Assembly (NCBI GenBank): GCA_032249235.1
Contig: JAVVGF010000004.1
Location: 43,525 to 107,524 of the forward strand
Source: Thermoproteota archaeon
Lineage (GTDB): Archaea > Thermoproteota > Thermoprotei > Gearchaeales > Gearchaeaceae
Direction: 5' to 3'
DNA: 64,000 bases
Part shown: one piece after another, positions 31,237 to 41,197 of the stretch
Numbering within the stretch: the first letter of the stretch is position 1
Layout of the letters: each line of letters starts with the position of its first letter
Notes under the pieces: generated by a model
The model's input: only the letters and a program-made list of their open reading frames with translations
What the model was told of the DNA's origin: nothing
The model's database searches: none
Program-made: the position numbers and the translations under genes

Positions 31237-32400
31237 ATGGGTGGTCCTCCTGTTAATGCTAAATATATATTAATAGCTAGATTTGAAGTTGATGGCGTAG
31301 TAGAAAAATCAGACATTATAGGTGCTCTATTCGGACAAACTGAAGGATTGCTAGGAGATGAGCTAGAACTTAGAGAGTTGCAGAAAATAGGAAAAGTTGG
31401 AAGAATTGATGTAGAATACGAAATAAAAGGAGGAAGAACAGTAGGAACAATAATAGTACCAACGAACTTGGATAAGCCAGAAGTAGCTTTGATTGCAGCT
31501 GCTATAGAAACGGTGGATAAAGTAGGTCCTAATTCAGCAAAAATTGAATTGAAAGAAATAAAGGATGCTAGAGAAGAAAAAAGGAGCAGAATTTTAGAAA
31601 GAGCAAAAGAAATATTGTTGAAATGGAAAGAAAGCAAAAGTGTTGAATCTTCTGATTTGATAAAAGCTCTTACAGAGGCAATTAAAGTATCGCAGATAAT
31701 AAGCTACGGTCCTGAAAAACTTCCTGCAGGTCCTGATATAGACAACTCTCAGGAAATTATAATTGTTGAAGGAAGAGCAGATGTGGTAAATTTACTAAAA
31801 CATGGATATAGGAATGTTATAGCATTGGATGGTTCTAAAATACCTCAGACTATAATAAATCTTTCGAAGAATAAAAGGACAATAGCTTTCTTAGACGGTG
31901 ATAGAGCTGGAGATTTAATATTGAAGGAATTGCTGAGTGTAGCAAAAATAGATTATGTAGCAAGGGCTCCATTTGGTAAGGAAGTAGAAGAATTGAGCGG
32001 TAAAGAGATAGCTGCTGCATTAAATGATAAAAGACCTGCTTCAGATTATATTACTAGTTTAAAACAAGAACAGAAAATTCCTAAGCTTCAGCAAGTAAGC
32101 GAGCTTATTAAATCAGTTATAGGGACGATGGAGGCCTTAATTCTTGATAACGATTATAAAATTATAGAGCGCATACCGCTTAAGGACGTAATAGATAAAA
32201 TATCCCAAATGGAATCTTTTGGGGCATTAATATTAGATGGCATAATAACGCAAAGATTGATAGATTTGTGCAAGGAGAGAAAAGTCAGCGCTATATACGG
32301 TTATAAAATAGGAAACATTACTAATATACCTCAAGATCTATCAATATTCTTATTTGATGATCAAGGGAATATAAAGAGATATGAAATTCGAACTCAATGA
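31237..32400 (+). CDS. dnaG: Archaeal DnaG (exosome-associated, TOPRIM)
   Basis: GALFGQTEGLLG, VEGRADV, DGDRAG. Confidence 0.96.
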   Translation: MGGPPVNAKYILIARFEVDGVVEKSDIIGALFGQTEGLLGDELELRELQKIGKVGRIDVEYEIKGGRTVGTIIVPTNLDKPEVALIAAAIETVDKVGPNSAKIELKEIKDAREEKRSRILERAKEILLKWKESKSVESSDLIKALTEAIKVSQIISYGPEKLPAGPDIDNSQEIIIVEGRADVVNLLKHGYRNVIALDGSKIPQTIINLSKNKRTIAFLDGDRAGDLILKELLSVAKIDYVARAPFGKEVEELSGKEIAAALNDKRPASDYITSLKQEQKIPKLQQVSELIKSVIGTMEALILDNDYKIIERIPLKDVIDKISQMESFGALILDGIITQRLIDLCKERKVSAIYGYKIGNITNIPQDLSIFLFDDQGNIKRYEIRTQ

Positions 32401-33430
32401 AAAAGAAAAAGAAGCTAAAATCACTATTCAAAGCTATGATGATTTGTTTTATTTGTATTTATTAATAGAGGAAGGTGACGAGTTATATGGTTGGAGCTAT
32501 AGGAATAAAAAGATATATTCAAAGGAAGGAAAAGCTGAGAGAGCAGAAAAAGAACGCGTTTATCTAGGAATAAGCGTTGAAAAAGCATATTTCCATCCAA
32601 GTTTGACAGGATTAAAAGTAATAGGTAGCATAATATATAGACCTGAAAATTTTGAAGCGAGTGGTCATCATTCATTTTTGATTAATATAGGAGATACGAT
32701 AAAACTGAAAAAAGAAGACTGGTCTTCAGCACTGATACAATCTATAATAAAAGAAATTAGAGAAACGTATCCTAAATCAATCATAATATCTGTTGATTAT
32801 GGAAACATTGCTATTGCTTTGTTGCACAATCAGCGCTTTCAAATAATTTATTCTGAAGAAAAAAGTCTAGGAGGAAAAAGAGAAATTTCTAAAAGAGATG
32901 AACAACTAGAAACTTTTTTAAAAGTTTGCATTGATAATGCTTTAGAAATAATATCGAAGACAAATCCTGAGCTAATAATATTATATGGTCCTTCAAATCT
33001 CAAAGATATCATTTATGAAAGGATTAAAAAGATTGAAAGAAATATTTTCAGAGTTAGTGGTTCGATTGGAGGAATTGAAGGGATATATGAAGCATTGAGA
33101 AATGAAGAAGTATTGAAGATTTTAACTGTTTTCGGTCATGAAGAAAGCATGCTAACTTTAGAACCATTGCTTAGCAAGGCAGAAAAAATAGCGATGGGAA
33201 TCAAAGAAGTTAAAGAAGCTGCTTCATTAAAAGCTATAGATAAACTTTTCATATCTACAAAATTATTGAAAAATGTTAGCAAAGAAGAATTGAATGAAAT
33301 AAAGAAAATTTCTGAGCAAGTCAAAATATATGGAGGTTCAATAAGCATAGTAGATGAAGAAAGCGAGGCTGGTAAAACTTTAGAAAAACTTGGAAACATT
33401 ATAGCTTTATTAAGATTTAACTTATATTAG
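32381..33430 (+). CDS. pelA: Pelota/Dom34 ribosome rescue factor
   Basis: DDLFYLYLLIEEGD, GHHSF, LGNIIALLRF. Confidence 0.9.
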   Translation: MKFELNEKEKEAKITIQSYDDLFYLYLLIEEGDELYGWSYRNKKIYSKEGKAERAEKERVYLGISVEKAYFHPSLTGLKVIGSIIYRPENFEASGHHSFLINIGDTIKLKKEDWSSALIQSIIKEIRETYPKSIIISVDYGNIAIALLHNQRFQIIYSEEKSLGGKREISKRDEQLETFLKVCIDNALEIISKTNPELIILYGPSNLKDIIYERIKKIERNIFRVSGSIGGIEGIYEALRNEEVLKILTVFGHEESMLTLEPLLSKAEKIAMGIKEVKEAASLKAIDKLFISTKLLKNVSKEELNEIKKISEQVKIYGGSISIVDEESEAGKTLEKLGNIIALLRFNLY

Positions 33431-33432
33431 TT

Positions 33433-34635
33433 ATGTCTCTAATTGATATTTTACTTCTTTTATTTTTAGCTTGGATTTTTTTATTTTTAATTTTTTCATT
33501 AATAAAAAATACAAATTTTGGAAAGAAAATTTCAGAAAATATAGAAATACAACCTTTAGTTTTTCTTTTAAAGACTGCTAGATTTAATAAATTTATTCTG
33601 AATTCAGGAAAGAAGAGATCAAAATTTTATCGAATAGTCGGAGAGTTATCGATAATTTATGGTATTGCTTTGATGATTTATGCTTTATTTTTCTTAATGA
33701 AGAATTTGATCAATCTTTTATTTCCTTCCCAAAGCATTGCATTAGGAGAAGCTTCACCAATAATTCCAATAATATTTGGAATCACTTTTACTCCTCCTTT
33801 AGATCAACTCATAATAATTTTAATCGTCATCGCAATAGCTGCAGTTTTCCATGAACTTTTCCATGGTTTCTTAGCTTCTAGCCATGAAATGAAAATAAAA
33901 TCAACAGGTGCAGGATTGTTTTTCATGATTCCTATAGCGTTTGTAGAATTAGATGATGAGTCTTTGAAAAACACTGCTCCAAGAAAGAAGCTTAGAATGT
34001 TAGGTGCAGGTTCGTTCATCAATTTAATACAGGCTATGATCTTTTTAGTTCTCTTTCTATCTTATCCTTTAGCTATTTCTTGGGGTTACAATTATGAGTC
34101 AAGTGGTGTTTTGATTTATTCAATAACTCCTAATTCTCCAGCATCTATAGCTGGTCTTGCTATAGGAGATGCAATAATAGCTTTAAATCATACACAAATA
34201 AAGAATTATCAAGATTTCTCATCATATCTCGAGAAGACCAAACCTAACCAAACGTTGATTATAACTGTCGAAAGGAATTTGAAATCATTCAATATAACAA
34301 TAAAGCTTGCACAGCATCCTTATTATAAAGATAGAGGTTTCATAGGAGTTTCTACATTAGATTATCATAGACCTTATTTTGCTCTATTTCCTCAAATTTT
34401 GCAATATTGGGCTTATTTGTTTTTTGCATGGGGATTTGTAATATGTTTTAGCTTAGCAGTCTTCAACATGTTACCCATTCCTCTTTTCGACGGTGATAAA
34501 TTCCTTGCTGAGATTTTAAGCATCATTAAGAATAAAGATGTTCGAATCATAACTCATAATACTTTAAGAGCTTTATCTATAATGCTTCTTCTTTTAAATA
34601 TATATTTTAGTTTGATCAGATTTGGTTTTGTCTAA
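33433..34635 (+). CDS. Site-2 protease (M50) with PDZ domain
   Basis: HELFH, NMLPIPLFDG, PDZ motif SPASIAGL. Confidence 0.93.
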   Translation: MSLIDILLLLFLAWIFLFLIFSLIKNTNFGKKISENIEIQPLVFLLKTARFNKFILNSGKKRSKFYRIVGELSIIYGIALMIYALFFLMKNLINLLFPSQSIALGEASPIIPIIFGITFTPPLDQLIIILIVIAIAAVFHELFHGFLASSHEMKIKSTGAGLFFMIPIAFVELDDESLKNTAPRKKLRMLGAGSFINLIQAMIFLVLFLSYPLAISWGYNYESSGVLIYSITPNSPASIAGLAIGDAIIALNHTQIKNYQDFSSYLEKTKPNQTLIITVERNLKSFNITIKLAQHPYYKDRGFIGVSTLDYHRPYFALFPQILQYWAYLFFAWGFVICFSLAVFNMLPIPLFDGDKFLAEILSIIKNKDVRIITHNTLRALSIMLLLLNIYFSLIRFGFV

Positions 34636-35567
34636 TGAAGTGCAATTATTGCGATAACGAGGTATTTTATGTTAGAAGGTATTCAGGAGAGAAGCTATGC
34701 CAGAAGCATTTCATAGAAACTTTCATCGATAAAGTAGCTAAAACAATATCTGAAAATAGATTACTTACTTGGAATGATTCTATAATGGTTGCAGTTTCAG
34801 GAGGTAAAGATAGCTTGACAGCTCTTCATGTTTTAAGTATAATTGAAAAAGATTTTCCTTCAACGAAGCTTTTCGCTGTAACAATAGATGAAGGAATTAG
34901 CGGTTATACAGAATTTAGGGTAAAGCATACAAGAGAATTATGCGAAAAGCTTGGAATTCCTTATTATGTTTTCAGATATGAAGATTTCTATGGCTATAGG
35001 CTTGAAGAAATCGTGAAAATAGCTAAAGAAAAAGGAAGTAAGCTTGAACCTTGTTCTTATTGTGGTGTTCTTAGAAGGAAATTATTAAACATTGCAGCAA
35101 AGAAATTAAATGCTACAAAAGTTGTGACTGGGCATAATTTAGATGATGAAGTTCAAACATTCATGATTAACATGCTAAGAGGAGATCTGGATAGAATAAT
35201 AAGAGGGTTTGCTCCAGTAATTCCAAAGGAAGGCTTTGTTCCTCGAATTAAGCCATTGAAATATATTTATGAAGAAGAAATCATGATTTATGCTACTTTG
35301 CATGATTTTCCTTTATTCGAAACAGAATGTAGATTTGTAAAATTATCCATGAGGGATTCAATTAGGAAAATATTGAATGAGTTGGAAGCTGAAAATCCAG
35401 GCGCTAAATATATGATGTTGATCACTGCAGAAAAGATTGCCAAGAGTTTCATCGAAACGAAAAAAGATTTCAAGTTGAACTATTGTAAAAGTTGCGGCGA
35501 ACCTACTTCGCAAGAATTATGCAGAGCTTGTTCACTTTTAGAAGAAATAGGAATAGTTATGCAATAA
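34635..35567 (+). CDS. tRNA 2-thiolation protein (NcsA/Ctu1/TtuA family)
   Basis: PP-loop SGGKDS, CSYCG, GHNLDDE; N- and C-terminal Zn fingers. Confidence 0.9.
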   Translation: MKCNYCDNEVFYVRRYSGEKLCQKHFIETFIDKVAKTISENRLLTWNDSIMVAVSGGKDSLTALHVLSIIEKDFPSTKLFAVTIDEGISGYTEFRVKHTRELCEKLGIPYYVFRYEDFYGYRLEEIVKIAKEKGSKLEPCSYCGVLRRKLLNIAAKKLNATKVVTGHNLDDEVQTFMINMLRGDLDRIIRGFAPVIPKEGFVPRIKPLKYIYEEEIMIYATLHDFPLFETECRFVKLSMRDSIRKILNELEAENPGAKYMMLITAEKIAKSFIETKKDFKLNYCKSCGEPTSQELCRACSLLEEIGIVMQ

Positions 35568-35884
35568 GCGGCGGTGCCCGCATGTAAACCCATACTAGGA
35601 ATATAGAGCTATATGCACTTCCATTCAAGCCTGTTACCTACGAACGTCGCCACTCTTTATTAGAGCCGCTCCCTTCCGGGCCTAACTCGGTTCTAAAGAT
35701 TAGCCTCTTAACCCTTCCCTCCGGAAGGGCTACGAGGCTATGGCGACCCCGTAGGGCAGGCTTTCATTACTTCCGTGCATATAGCTCTATATTCCTAGTA
35801 TGAGCTTACATGCGTTACTGGCCGTGCCATATCGACCGTTTGCATTTGAGGGAGGCCGAGCCCCTCCGGCCCTACCACCGCCGC
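35568..35884 (-). ncRNA. ffs: Signal recognition particle (7S) RNA
   Basis: Minus strand reads AGGCCCGGAAGGGAGCGGC (helix 8); complementary termini GCGGCGGT/ACCGCCGC; 317 nt, GC-rich. Confidence 0.93.
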
Positions 35885-36162
35885 AAATATATTATTGTTA
35901 ATTGTGAGATTTATTTTTTGTGCTATGGATTCAAAATCTTCTATTGTTGCCAAATAAAAATTCAAAATACTACAAAGATCTTAAACAAATCATCTCTTCT
36001 TCATCTTATATGTAATAAATTAATAGTGGAATCATGAATAAGACTTTTGTCGCTTTTGTTTTATATTAGAGTGAAAATTCTTTCCTATATGCTATTTTAT
36101 ATCGAATAGAAGCGCAATGTTTATATAGAATTAAATTTAAATAATAGAACTTTGTTTTTTCT

Positions 36163-36300
36163 GTGAAACGTGAAATTTCGCTAATGATCGTTACTTCATT
36201 AATATTAATTGCATATAGCAGCATTGTTACCTTAAGAACGCTTAGCATATGGCCTGACGTATCATTACCTACTTGCGATTCTGGCTCAAGGTGTTATTAA
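36163..36300 (+). CDS. Putative 45-aa peptide with signal-peptide-like N-terminus
   Basis: GTG start about 20 nt after TTTAAATA; MKREISLMIVTSLILIAYSSIV...CDSGSRCY; stop 1 nt before the next ATG. Confidence 0.4.
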   Translation: MKREISLMIVTSLILIAYSSIVTLRTLSIWPDVSLPTCDSGSRCY

Positions 36301-36301
36301 G

Positions 36302-37459
36302 ATGAGAACATTAATAGTTTTGTTCTTGTTTTTTATAATTTTTACATCTTCGATAGTTCCAATTAGTGTTAAGGCTTCTAATAATATAACCGTTGAAATA
36401 AAAGTCGATATCATAAAAAGACATCCAGATCTAATAATTACAGGTTGCAATGAGACGTATGTTTACTGGGAATACAATTTTAGAAAACTTGATCCCCCAG
36501 TGCCTGTTAGAGGACCTGCAAATGAGACGAGATATCAAAGCGAATTACGAGGTGATTATCTTTCAGAAACGTTTTTTATAATTAACGCATTGGAAGCAAA
36601 ATATGACGTAAAAGATGTTCGTTGGTTTACTATTTCAGAGTTTCTTGATGGCGCCGCAGTGGAAATAGAGAAATATGAAAAGAGATTAATCGAGGAAAAG
36701 GGAAATTTAGGGATATTTAGATTTTCTGTGCTGGGCGATTTTGAGAAAATGATCATAATGATTTTTATGTATAAAATAACACCTGAAAAAGTGAATATTG
36801 TAGCAAATTACCTTAGACCGTTTACTAACTTTTTAAAATCTTATATCGAAGATTTCAAATATTATATAAAAGAATTAAATAATGATCTTGAAAAACATAA
36901 TATAAATTTTAGATATAATGTAGAATTCAAAGATAAATATGATGTGATAGTTGCATTTGTTGAGGATTATGCATCTCAATATACCGAAGACTATACTCAT
37001 TTTCCTTTATTCCTTAAGCAATCTAAAGCTGTAGAGCGCTTCTATTTGAAACAATTGCCGAATGGATCTTTTATTGATGGAGATGGATATAAGAAATATT
37101 TGGAATTACTTAAAGAATATTACGGTCTTGAGTTATCAACTTATATTAATCGGTTCGGTTATGGCGAAGTTATTTTACCAATTCCTACTAATGCCACCTA
37201 TAATGAAGAGTTCGTAAGGAAAGCAGTTTCTATAATAAGAGAATATGCAGGATGTGAAGTTCCTTTAGTAGCGAATTTTGTAGATTACCGTGACGTAACA
37301 AGTCTTATCACTCTAGCGCCTGCACCTAATCCTAGAGGAGATTCTCAACGTTTTCTATCCTTATCTATTAACGAGCTAATACTGTTATTTGCAATAATAC
37401 CAACTGCAATTTTATTGCCTTTGATTTTAATTGCAAGAAAAGGTAAGAGTAATAAATAA
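36302..37459 (+). CDS. Hypothetical secreted protein with C-terminal membrane anchor
   Basis: Signal peptide ending VKA; C-terminal TM followed by RKGK; several N-x-S/T sequons. Confidence 0.75.
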   Translation: MRTLIVLFLFFIIFTSSIVPISVKASNNITVEIKVDIIKRHPDLIITGCNETYVYWEYNFRKLDPPVPVRGPANETRYQSELRGDYLSETFFIINALEAKYDVKDVRWFTISEFLDGAAVEIEKYEKRLIEEKGNLGIFRFSVLGDFEKMIIMIFMYKITPEKVNIVANYLRPFTNFLKSYIEDFKYYIKELNNDLEKHNINFRYNVEFKDKYDVIVAFVEDYASQYTEDYTHFPLFLKQSKAVERFYLKQLPNGSFIDGDGYKKYLELLKEYYGLELSTYINRFGYGEVILPIPTNATYNEEFVRKAVSIIREYAGCEVPLVANFVDYRDVTSLITLAPAPNPRGDSQRFLSLSINELILLFAIIPTAILLPLILIARKGKSNK

Positions 37460-37660
37460 AACGATAAATTCTTTTGTATTGATGGTCTGAAAACAAGTAA
37501 TTTTCATAGATAGATTAAGAAGTATTATCAAAACAAATTAAGAAAGCTTTAATAAATTTGCCAAAAAATGATGATTCTTTTTCTTGCACATTGATCAAGC
37601 TCGATCAAATAATAGAAGTTTTTAAATTCATTTGAAGCGAGTATTCAATTTATCAAATTA

Positions 37661-37744
37661 CGCCGGGAGTGGGATTTGAACCCACGAGGGCAAACGCCCA
37701 CAGGCTTAGCAAGCCTGCGCCTTACCTGGCTAGGCTATCCCGGC
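37661..37744 (-). tRNA. tRNA-Ser(GCU)
   Basis: Cloverleaf; CAGGC-TTGCTAA-GCCTG; long variable arm. Confidence 0.97.
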
Positions 37745-37772
37745 TTTTATTTAATCAATAAAATTATAGGAT

Positions 37773-38759
37773 ATGGTGATATATAATTACGTTAGTGCAG
37801 GGTTAATTTCTTATGATGAGATCATTTTGAATTCTCAGAATTACAAAATTTTTGGAGGTTCTGTAATTTATTCTTCAATTCAAGCATCTTTACTAGGATG
37901 CCGAGTTGGTTTGATATCTGCAATAGGAGAAAAAGATGAGGATGAATTATTGAGGTTGCTTAAGAATTACAATGTAGAAATAATTAAGCTAGGTGTATAT
38001 CAAGGAGAAACACTATCTTTTGTTAATGAATACATAGGTAACGATAGAATGCAAAAAGTCAAGAATCATCCAAAATTGACTATAAAATTCAACATTGGAG
38101 ACTTTGAAGCAGAATGTTTCCATCTCGGTCCTATAATAAATGAATTCAGCTTTGAAGAAATAGAAAAAGCCAGGAAAATATCTAAGTATCTTGCATTAGA
38201 TATTCAAGGATTTTGCAGAACTATTGAATCTTCACTAATAAAGAAGAGGAAAATTGAAGATATTTCTTTTTTGAAATTCATCGATATTTTAAAATGCGAT
38301 TTAGATGAGCTTTATTGTTTATCTAATAATAACGATCCGAAACAAATAATAGAGGAAATTCTCGATGAAGACTGTAAAATTTTACTGCTAACACTTGGAG
38401 ATAAAGGTAGCGTTATCATATCTAAACATAAAACTTATTATATTCCTGCTCATATACCAGAGAAACAAGTTGATCCTACAGGTGCAGGAGATGTTTATTT
38501 AACTTCATTTTTAATAAGTTATTCGAGAAGCCACGATCTTGAATATGCAGGATTGTTCGCTTCAAGCGCTTCTTCTTTTGTTTTGGAAGATATTGGCTAT
38601 AAAGGTATTTCGAATAAACAAAAAATAGAAGAAAGAATGAGAAAGCAGAAACTAAAAGCAAGAGAAATAGAATTCGATGAAATTCCCTTTTATAAATGGG
38701 CCGGCCCGGATTTGAACCGGGGACCTTCGCCTCGTAAGGGCGACATCCTACCAGGCTAG
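37773..38759 (+). CDS. PfkB family carbohydrate/nucleoside kinase
   Basis: FGGS, TLGDKGS, DPTGAGD. Confidence 0.92.
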   Translation: MVIYNYVSAGLISYDEIILNSQNYKIFGGSVIYSSIQASLLGCRVGLISAIGEKDEDELLRLLKNYNVEIIKLGVYQGETLSFVNEYIGNDRMQKVKNHPKLTIKFNIGDFEAECFHLGPIINEFSFEEIEKARKISKYLALDIQGFCRTIESSLIKKRKIEDISFLKFIDILKCDLDELYCLSNNNDPKQIIEEILDEDCKILLLTLGDKGSVIISKHKTYYIPAHIPEKQVDPTGAGDVYLTSFLISYSRSHDLEYAGLFASSASSFVLEDIGYKGISNKQKIEERMRKQKLKAREIEFDEIPFYKWAGPDLNRGPSPRKGDILPG

Positions 38760-38770
38760 ACTACCGGCCC
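38697..38770 (-). tRNA. tRNA-Val(UAC)
   Basis: GGGCCGG/CCGGCCC acceptor; TCGCC-CTTACGA-GGCGA. Confidence 0.96.
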
Positions 38771-38771
38771 A

Positions 38772-39302
38772 TTATTTTTTAGCCTCTGCTTCTTTAATTA
38801 TCTTTTCTAATTCTTCTATTTTCTTTTGTAATTTTTCAATTCTTTTAGTTTTATCCTTAATTACCAAAATGCTACCACATCCTTCAACATCACAAACATA
38901 ATTGTTCATTAATGCTTCGCTTTCTATGAAAGTTTTCTTATGAACAGGACATTCGTAAAAAGTATTCTCTTCTTCATATTTTAATCTCAGCTTTAATTTT
39001 TCCAGAATAGTCTTTAACTTATCTAAAATCACTTTATCGAATTGTTCCGTCCTGAAAACTGCATTATAAATGAACCATCCTGATTTTTCATCTCTTTCTT
39101 TTTTGAAATCAACCAATCCCATGTTGAATAAATCATATAGAATCTTTCTTACAACAGTAATTTTCAAATTGCTTTGTTTTGCCAACCATTCTTCATTAAC
39201 TTCTCCTTTATCTAACATTAATGAAACAACATGTGCAGCTTCAGGTCTTAGCAATAATGAAATTGTCTTTGCGATATATTCTTTTTCTTCTTTGGTTACC
39301 AT
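38772..39302 (-). CDS. tfe: Transcription factor E (TFE alpha)
   Basis: Winged helix VRKILYDL..GWFIY; Zn ribbon YECPVH..CDVEGCG. Confidence 0.9.
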   Translation of the reverse strand: MVTKEEKEYIAKTISLLLRPEAAHVVSLMLDKGEVNEEWLAKQSNLKITVVRKILYDLFNMGLVDFKKERDEKSGWFIYNAVFRTEQFDKVILDKLKTILEKLKLRLKYEEENTFYECPVHKKTFIESEALMNNYVCDVEGCGSILVIKDKTKRIEKLQKKIEELEKIIKEAEAKK

Positions 39303-39328
39303 GATCTATTTCTCTTTAAACAATCTAA

Positions 39329-39811
39329 TCAATCTTCTTTCATCTCTACAATATCTCCTAACGTTATATCTTGTTCGCTTTTTTTACTAACTGTTTTTTC
39401 TTCAAAGCTTTCCATTTCTAAGAGAGTTATTTTCAAAACTTTCTCAAGCTTTTTTGCCAATTCTATAGTAGGCTTTAATTTTCCTGCTTCTATCTTTTTC
39501 AAAGTAGAAAGCTTTTCTCCAACTAATGAAGCAAGCATATCTTGAGTCATGCCCATTTTTTCTCTAGCTTTTCTTATTTCTGTTGCAAAATCTTCTCTTA
39601 TGGAAACTTCAACTTGAGGTATTTTAAGTGTTTTATATTGGGGCGTAGGCATTTTCTTAATAACTTTTCTCATTTCAATAGGCTTGTTTTCAACTACTTC
39701 TCCAATTATTTTGCAAGAATCACAGACTTTCAAATAAGTTTTGTTAACTCTAATAGTTATTGGTTTTTGTATTTCCTTACCGCATATTTCGCAATACACA
39801 GCTAAAATCAT
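39329..39811 (-). CDS. Multiprotein bridging factor aMBF1
   Basis: CEICG..CDSC, Cro-type HTH, C-terminal TLGD. Confidence 0.92.
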   Translation of the reverse strand: MILAVYCEICGKEIQKPITIRVNKTYLKVCDSCKIIGEVVENKPIEMRKVIKKMPTPQYKTLKIPQVEVSIREDFATEIRKAREKMGMTQDMLASLVGEKLSTLKKIEAGKLKPTIELAKKLEKVLKITLLEMESFEEKTVSKKSEQDITLGDIVEMKED

Positions 39812-39826
39812 TAAAATATGCTATAA

Positions 39827-40321
39827 ATGTTTATTATTGTGAGCTTCAATCCAATTCTAGCTTTGAAGACTTTAGCATGTTATCAATTCGGTAAGGAAGT
39901 TGGTGACGTATTGTTTAAAGAAGAATTGATTAAAGAAATGAAGGTTAAATTCTCAGGTAGAACTAAAAGAATAAGATATGTGCTCTTAGGAAATTCTCCA
40001 TATTTATCTGTTCGAACTTCTGATGGTTTCTTAACACTTTCTTTGAGAGCAGCTAGAGAATTGCTAAAATCTTTGGAAAACTTCGAGAACTTAGTAATCG
40101 TTAATAGAGAAGCGGTAAAAACTATGATTGAAAGAAAAGAAATTTTGGCTAAGCAAATAAAAAGCGTAAGTCCAAACTTAAAGGCGAATTCAGAAGTAGT
40201 TGTTGTAGACGAAGATAAAAAATTCATCGCAGTAGGAAGGGCAATTCTAAACGGTAAGGAAATGCTAGAAATTAAAAGAGGTGTGGTTATTAAATTACGT
40301 AAGGTGGGAAAATATGTTTAG
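39827..40321 (+). CDS. PUA-domain RNA-binding protein (ArcTGT C-terminal-like)
   Basis: YQFG, RTSDGFLTL, EVVVV..IAVGRA. Confidence 0.82.
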   Translation: MFIIVSFNPILALKTLACYQFGKEVGDVLFKEELIKEMKVKFSGRTKRIRYVLLGNSPYLSVRTSDGFLTLSLRAARELLKSLENFENLVIVNREAVKTMIERKEILAKQIKSVSPNLKANSEVVVVDEDKKFIAVGRAILNGKEMLEIKRGVVIKLRKVGKYV

Positions 40322-40670
40322 AAGAGGAATAAATAGAGAGACTTTGCGAATGCTGCAAAGAATGGGTGTTAGCTTTGAAAATTTAGAAGGCATAGAAGAA
40401 GTTGTTTTAAAATTTAAAGACAAAATAATCATATTGAAAAATCCTGAAGTTATGGTCACTAAAATAAGCGGACAGAAGCTATATCAAATAGCTGCATCAG
40501 AAGAAATAGAAGAAAAGAAAGAAGTATCTGAATACATTCCTAATGAAGAAGATATTCAACTTGTAATGCAACAAGCTAATGCATCAAGAGAAGAAGCAAT
40601 AAGTGCTCTCAAAGAAACTGAAGGAGATATTGCATCGGCAATAATTTTGATAAAAGCTAGGAAACAGTGA
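40314..40670 (+). CDS. nac: Nascent polypeptide-associated complex protein
   Basis: MLQRMGV; UBA-like EEDIQLVMQQA..GDIASAI. Confidence 0.93.
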   Translation: MFRRGINRETLRMLQRMGVSFENLEGIEEVVLKFKDKIIILKNPEVMVTKISGQKLYQIAASEEIEEKKEVSEYIPNEEDIQLVMQQANASREEAISALKETEGDIASAIILIKARKQ

Positions 40671-41197
40671 AAACCTTTTATTTTGAAGATTTCAATATTT
40701 GGGCTTGCTATGCTTCTTTTAAATTGAAAAATAGAAATCTTAATGAAATTTTCGAATATATTTCTAGAATTAAGTCAAAAGTTGATATTTTGCAATTGGT
40801 AGATGCTGACAAGATTTGTGGTGAGCTACACTTACTCAGCGGTATATATAGAACCTATAGAGCTAAAAAAGAATCAAAAAATATAGCTAAGGAGAATTCT
40901 GTTGAATTGTTGCTCCGTCTTAGCGGTAAAAGACAAATAAATGAAGCAATAAGCATATTAGGATTAAATGAAAAGACAAGGAATGTATTGGTTTGTTGTT
41001 GTGATCAAGATTTGGATAAAGCAAAATTAGTTACTGAAGAATTAGTTAGTCATCTTTCAGAATTTGAGAACGATGATTTCATAAACGTATATGATAAAGT
41101 GAAGGAAGAAGAAATTAAGAAAACATTCAATATAAGGACGAACAATATAGAGAAAGAAGTTTTAATGAAAATTTCTTACATTGAACTATTATCATAA
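40667..41197 (+). CDS. cgi121: KEOPS complex subunit Cgi121
   Basis: QLVDA, ELLLRLSGKRQINEAI. Confidence 0.9.
   Translation: MKTFYFEDFNIWACYASFKLKNRNLNEIFEYISRIKSKVDILQLVDADKICGELHLLSGIYRTYRAKKESKNIAKENSVELLLRLSGKRQINEAISILGLNEKTRNVLVCCCDQDLDKAKLVTEELVSHLSEFENDDFINVYDKVKEEEIKKTFNIRTNNIEKEVLMKISYIELLS

Noticed and set aside
35580-35813. Long inverted repeat as MITE/IS terminal repeats
   Set aside because: It lies inside the SRP RNA (helix 5) and encloses the helix 8 motif
35810-36037. 75-aa ORF on the + strand
   Set aside because: Overlaps the SRP RNA 5' domain and its promoter region antisense; no protein-like features
37568-37640. C/D box sRNA starting at ATGATGA
   Set aside because: No CTGA box D at a suitable distance downstream
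26065-37744. Near-identical 84-nt repeats at 26065 and 37661 as att sites of an integrated element
   Set aside because: Both are complete tRNA-Ser genes with different anticodons, the DNA between them is mostly core genes, and there is no integrase
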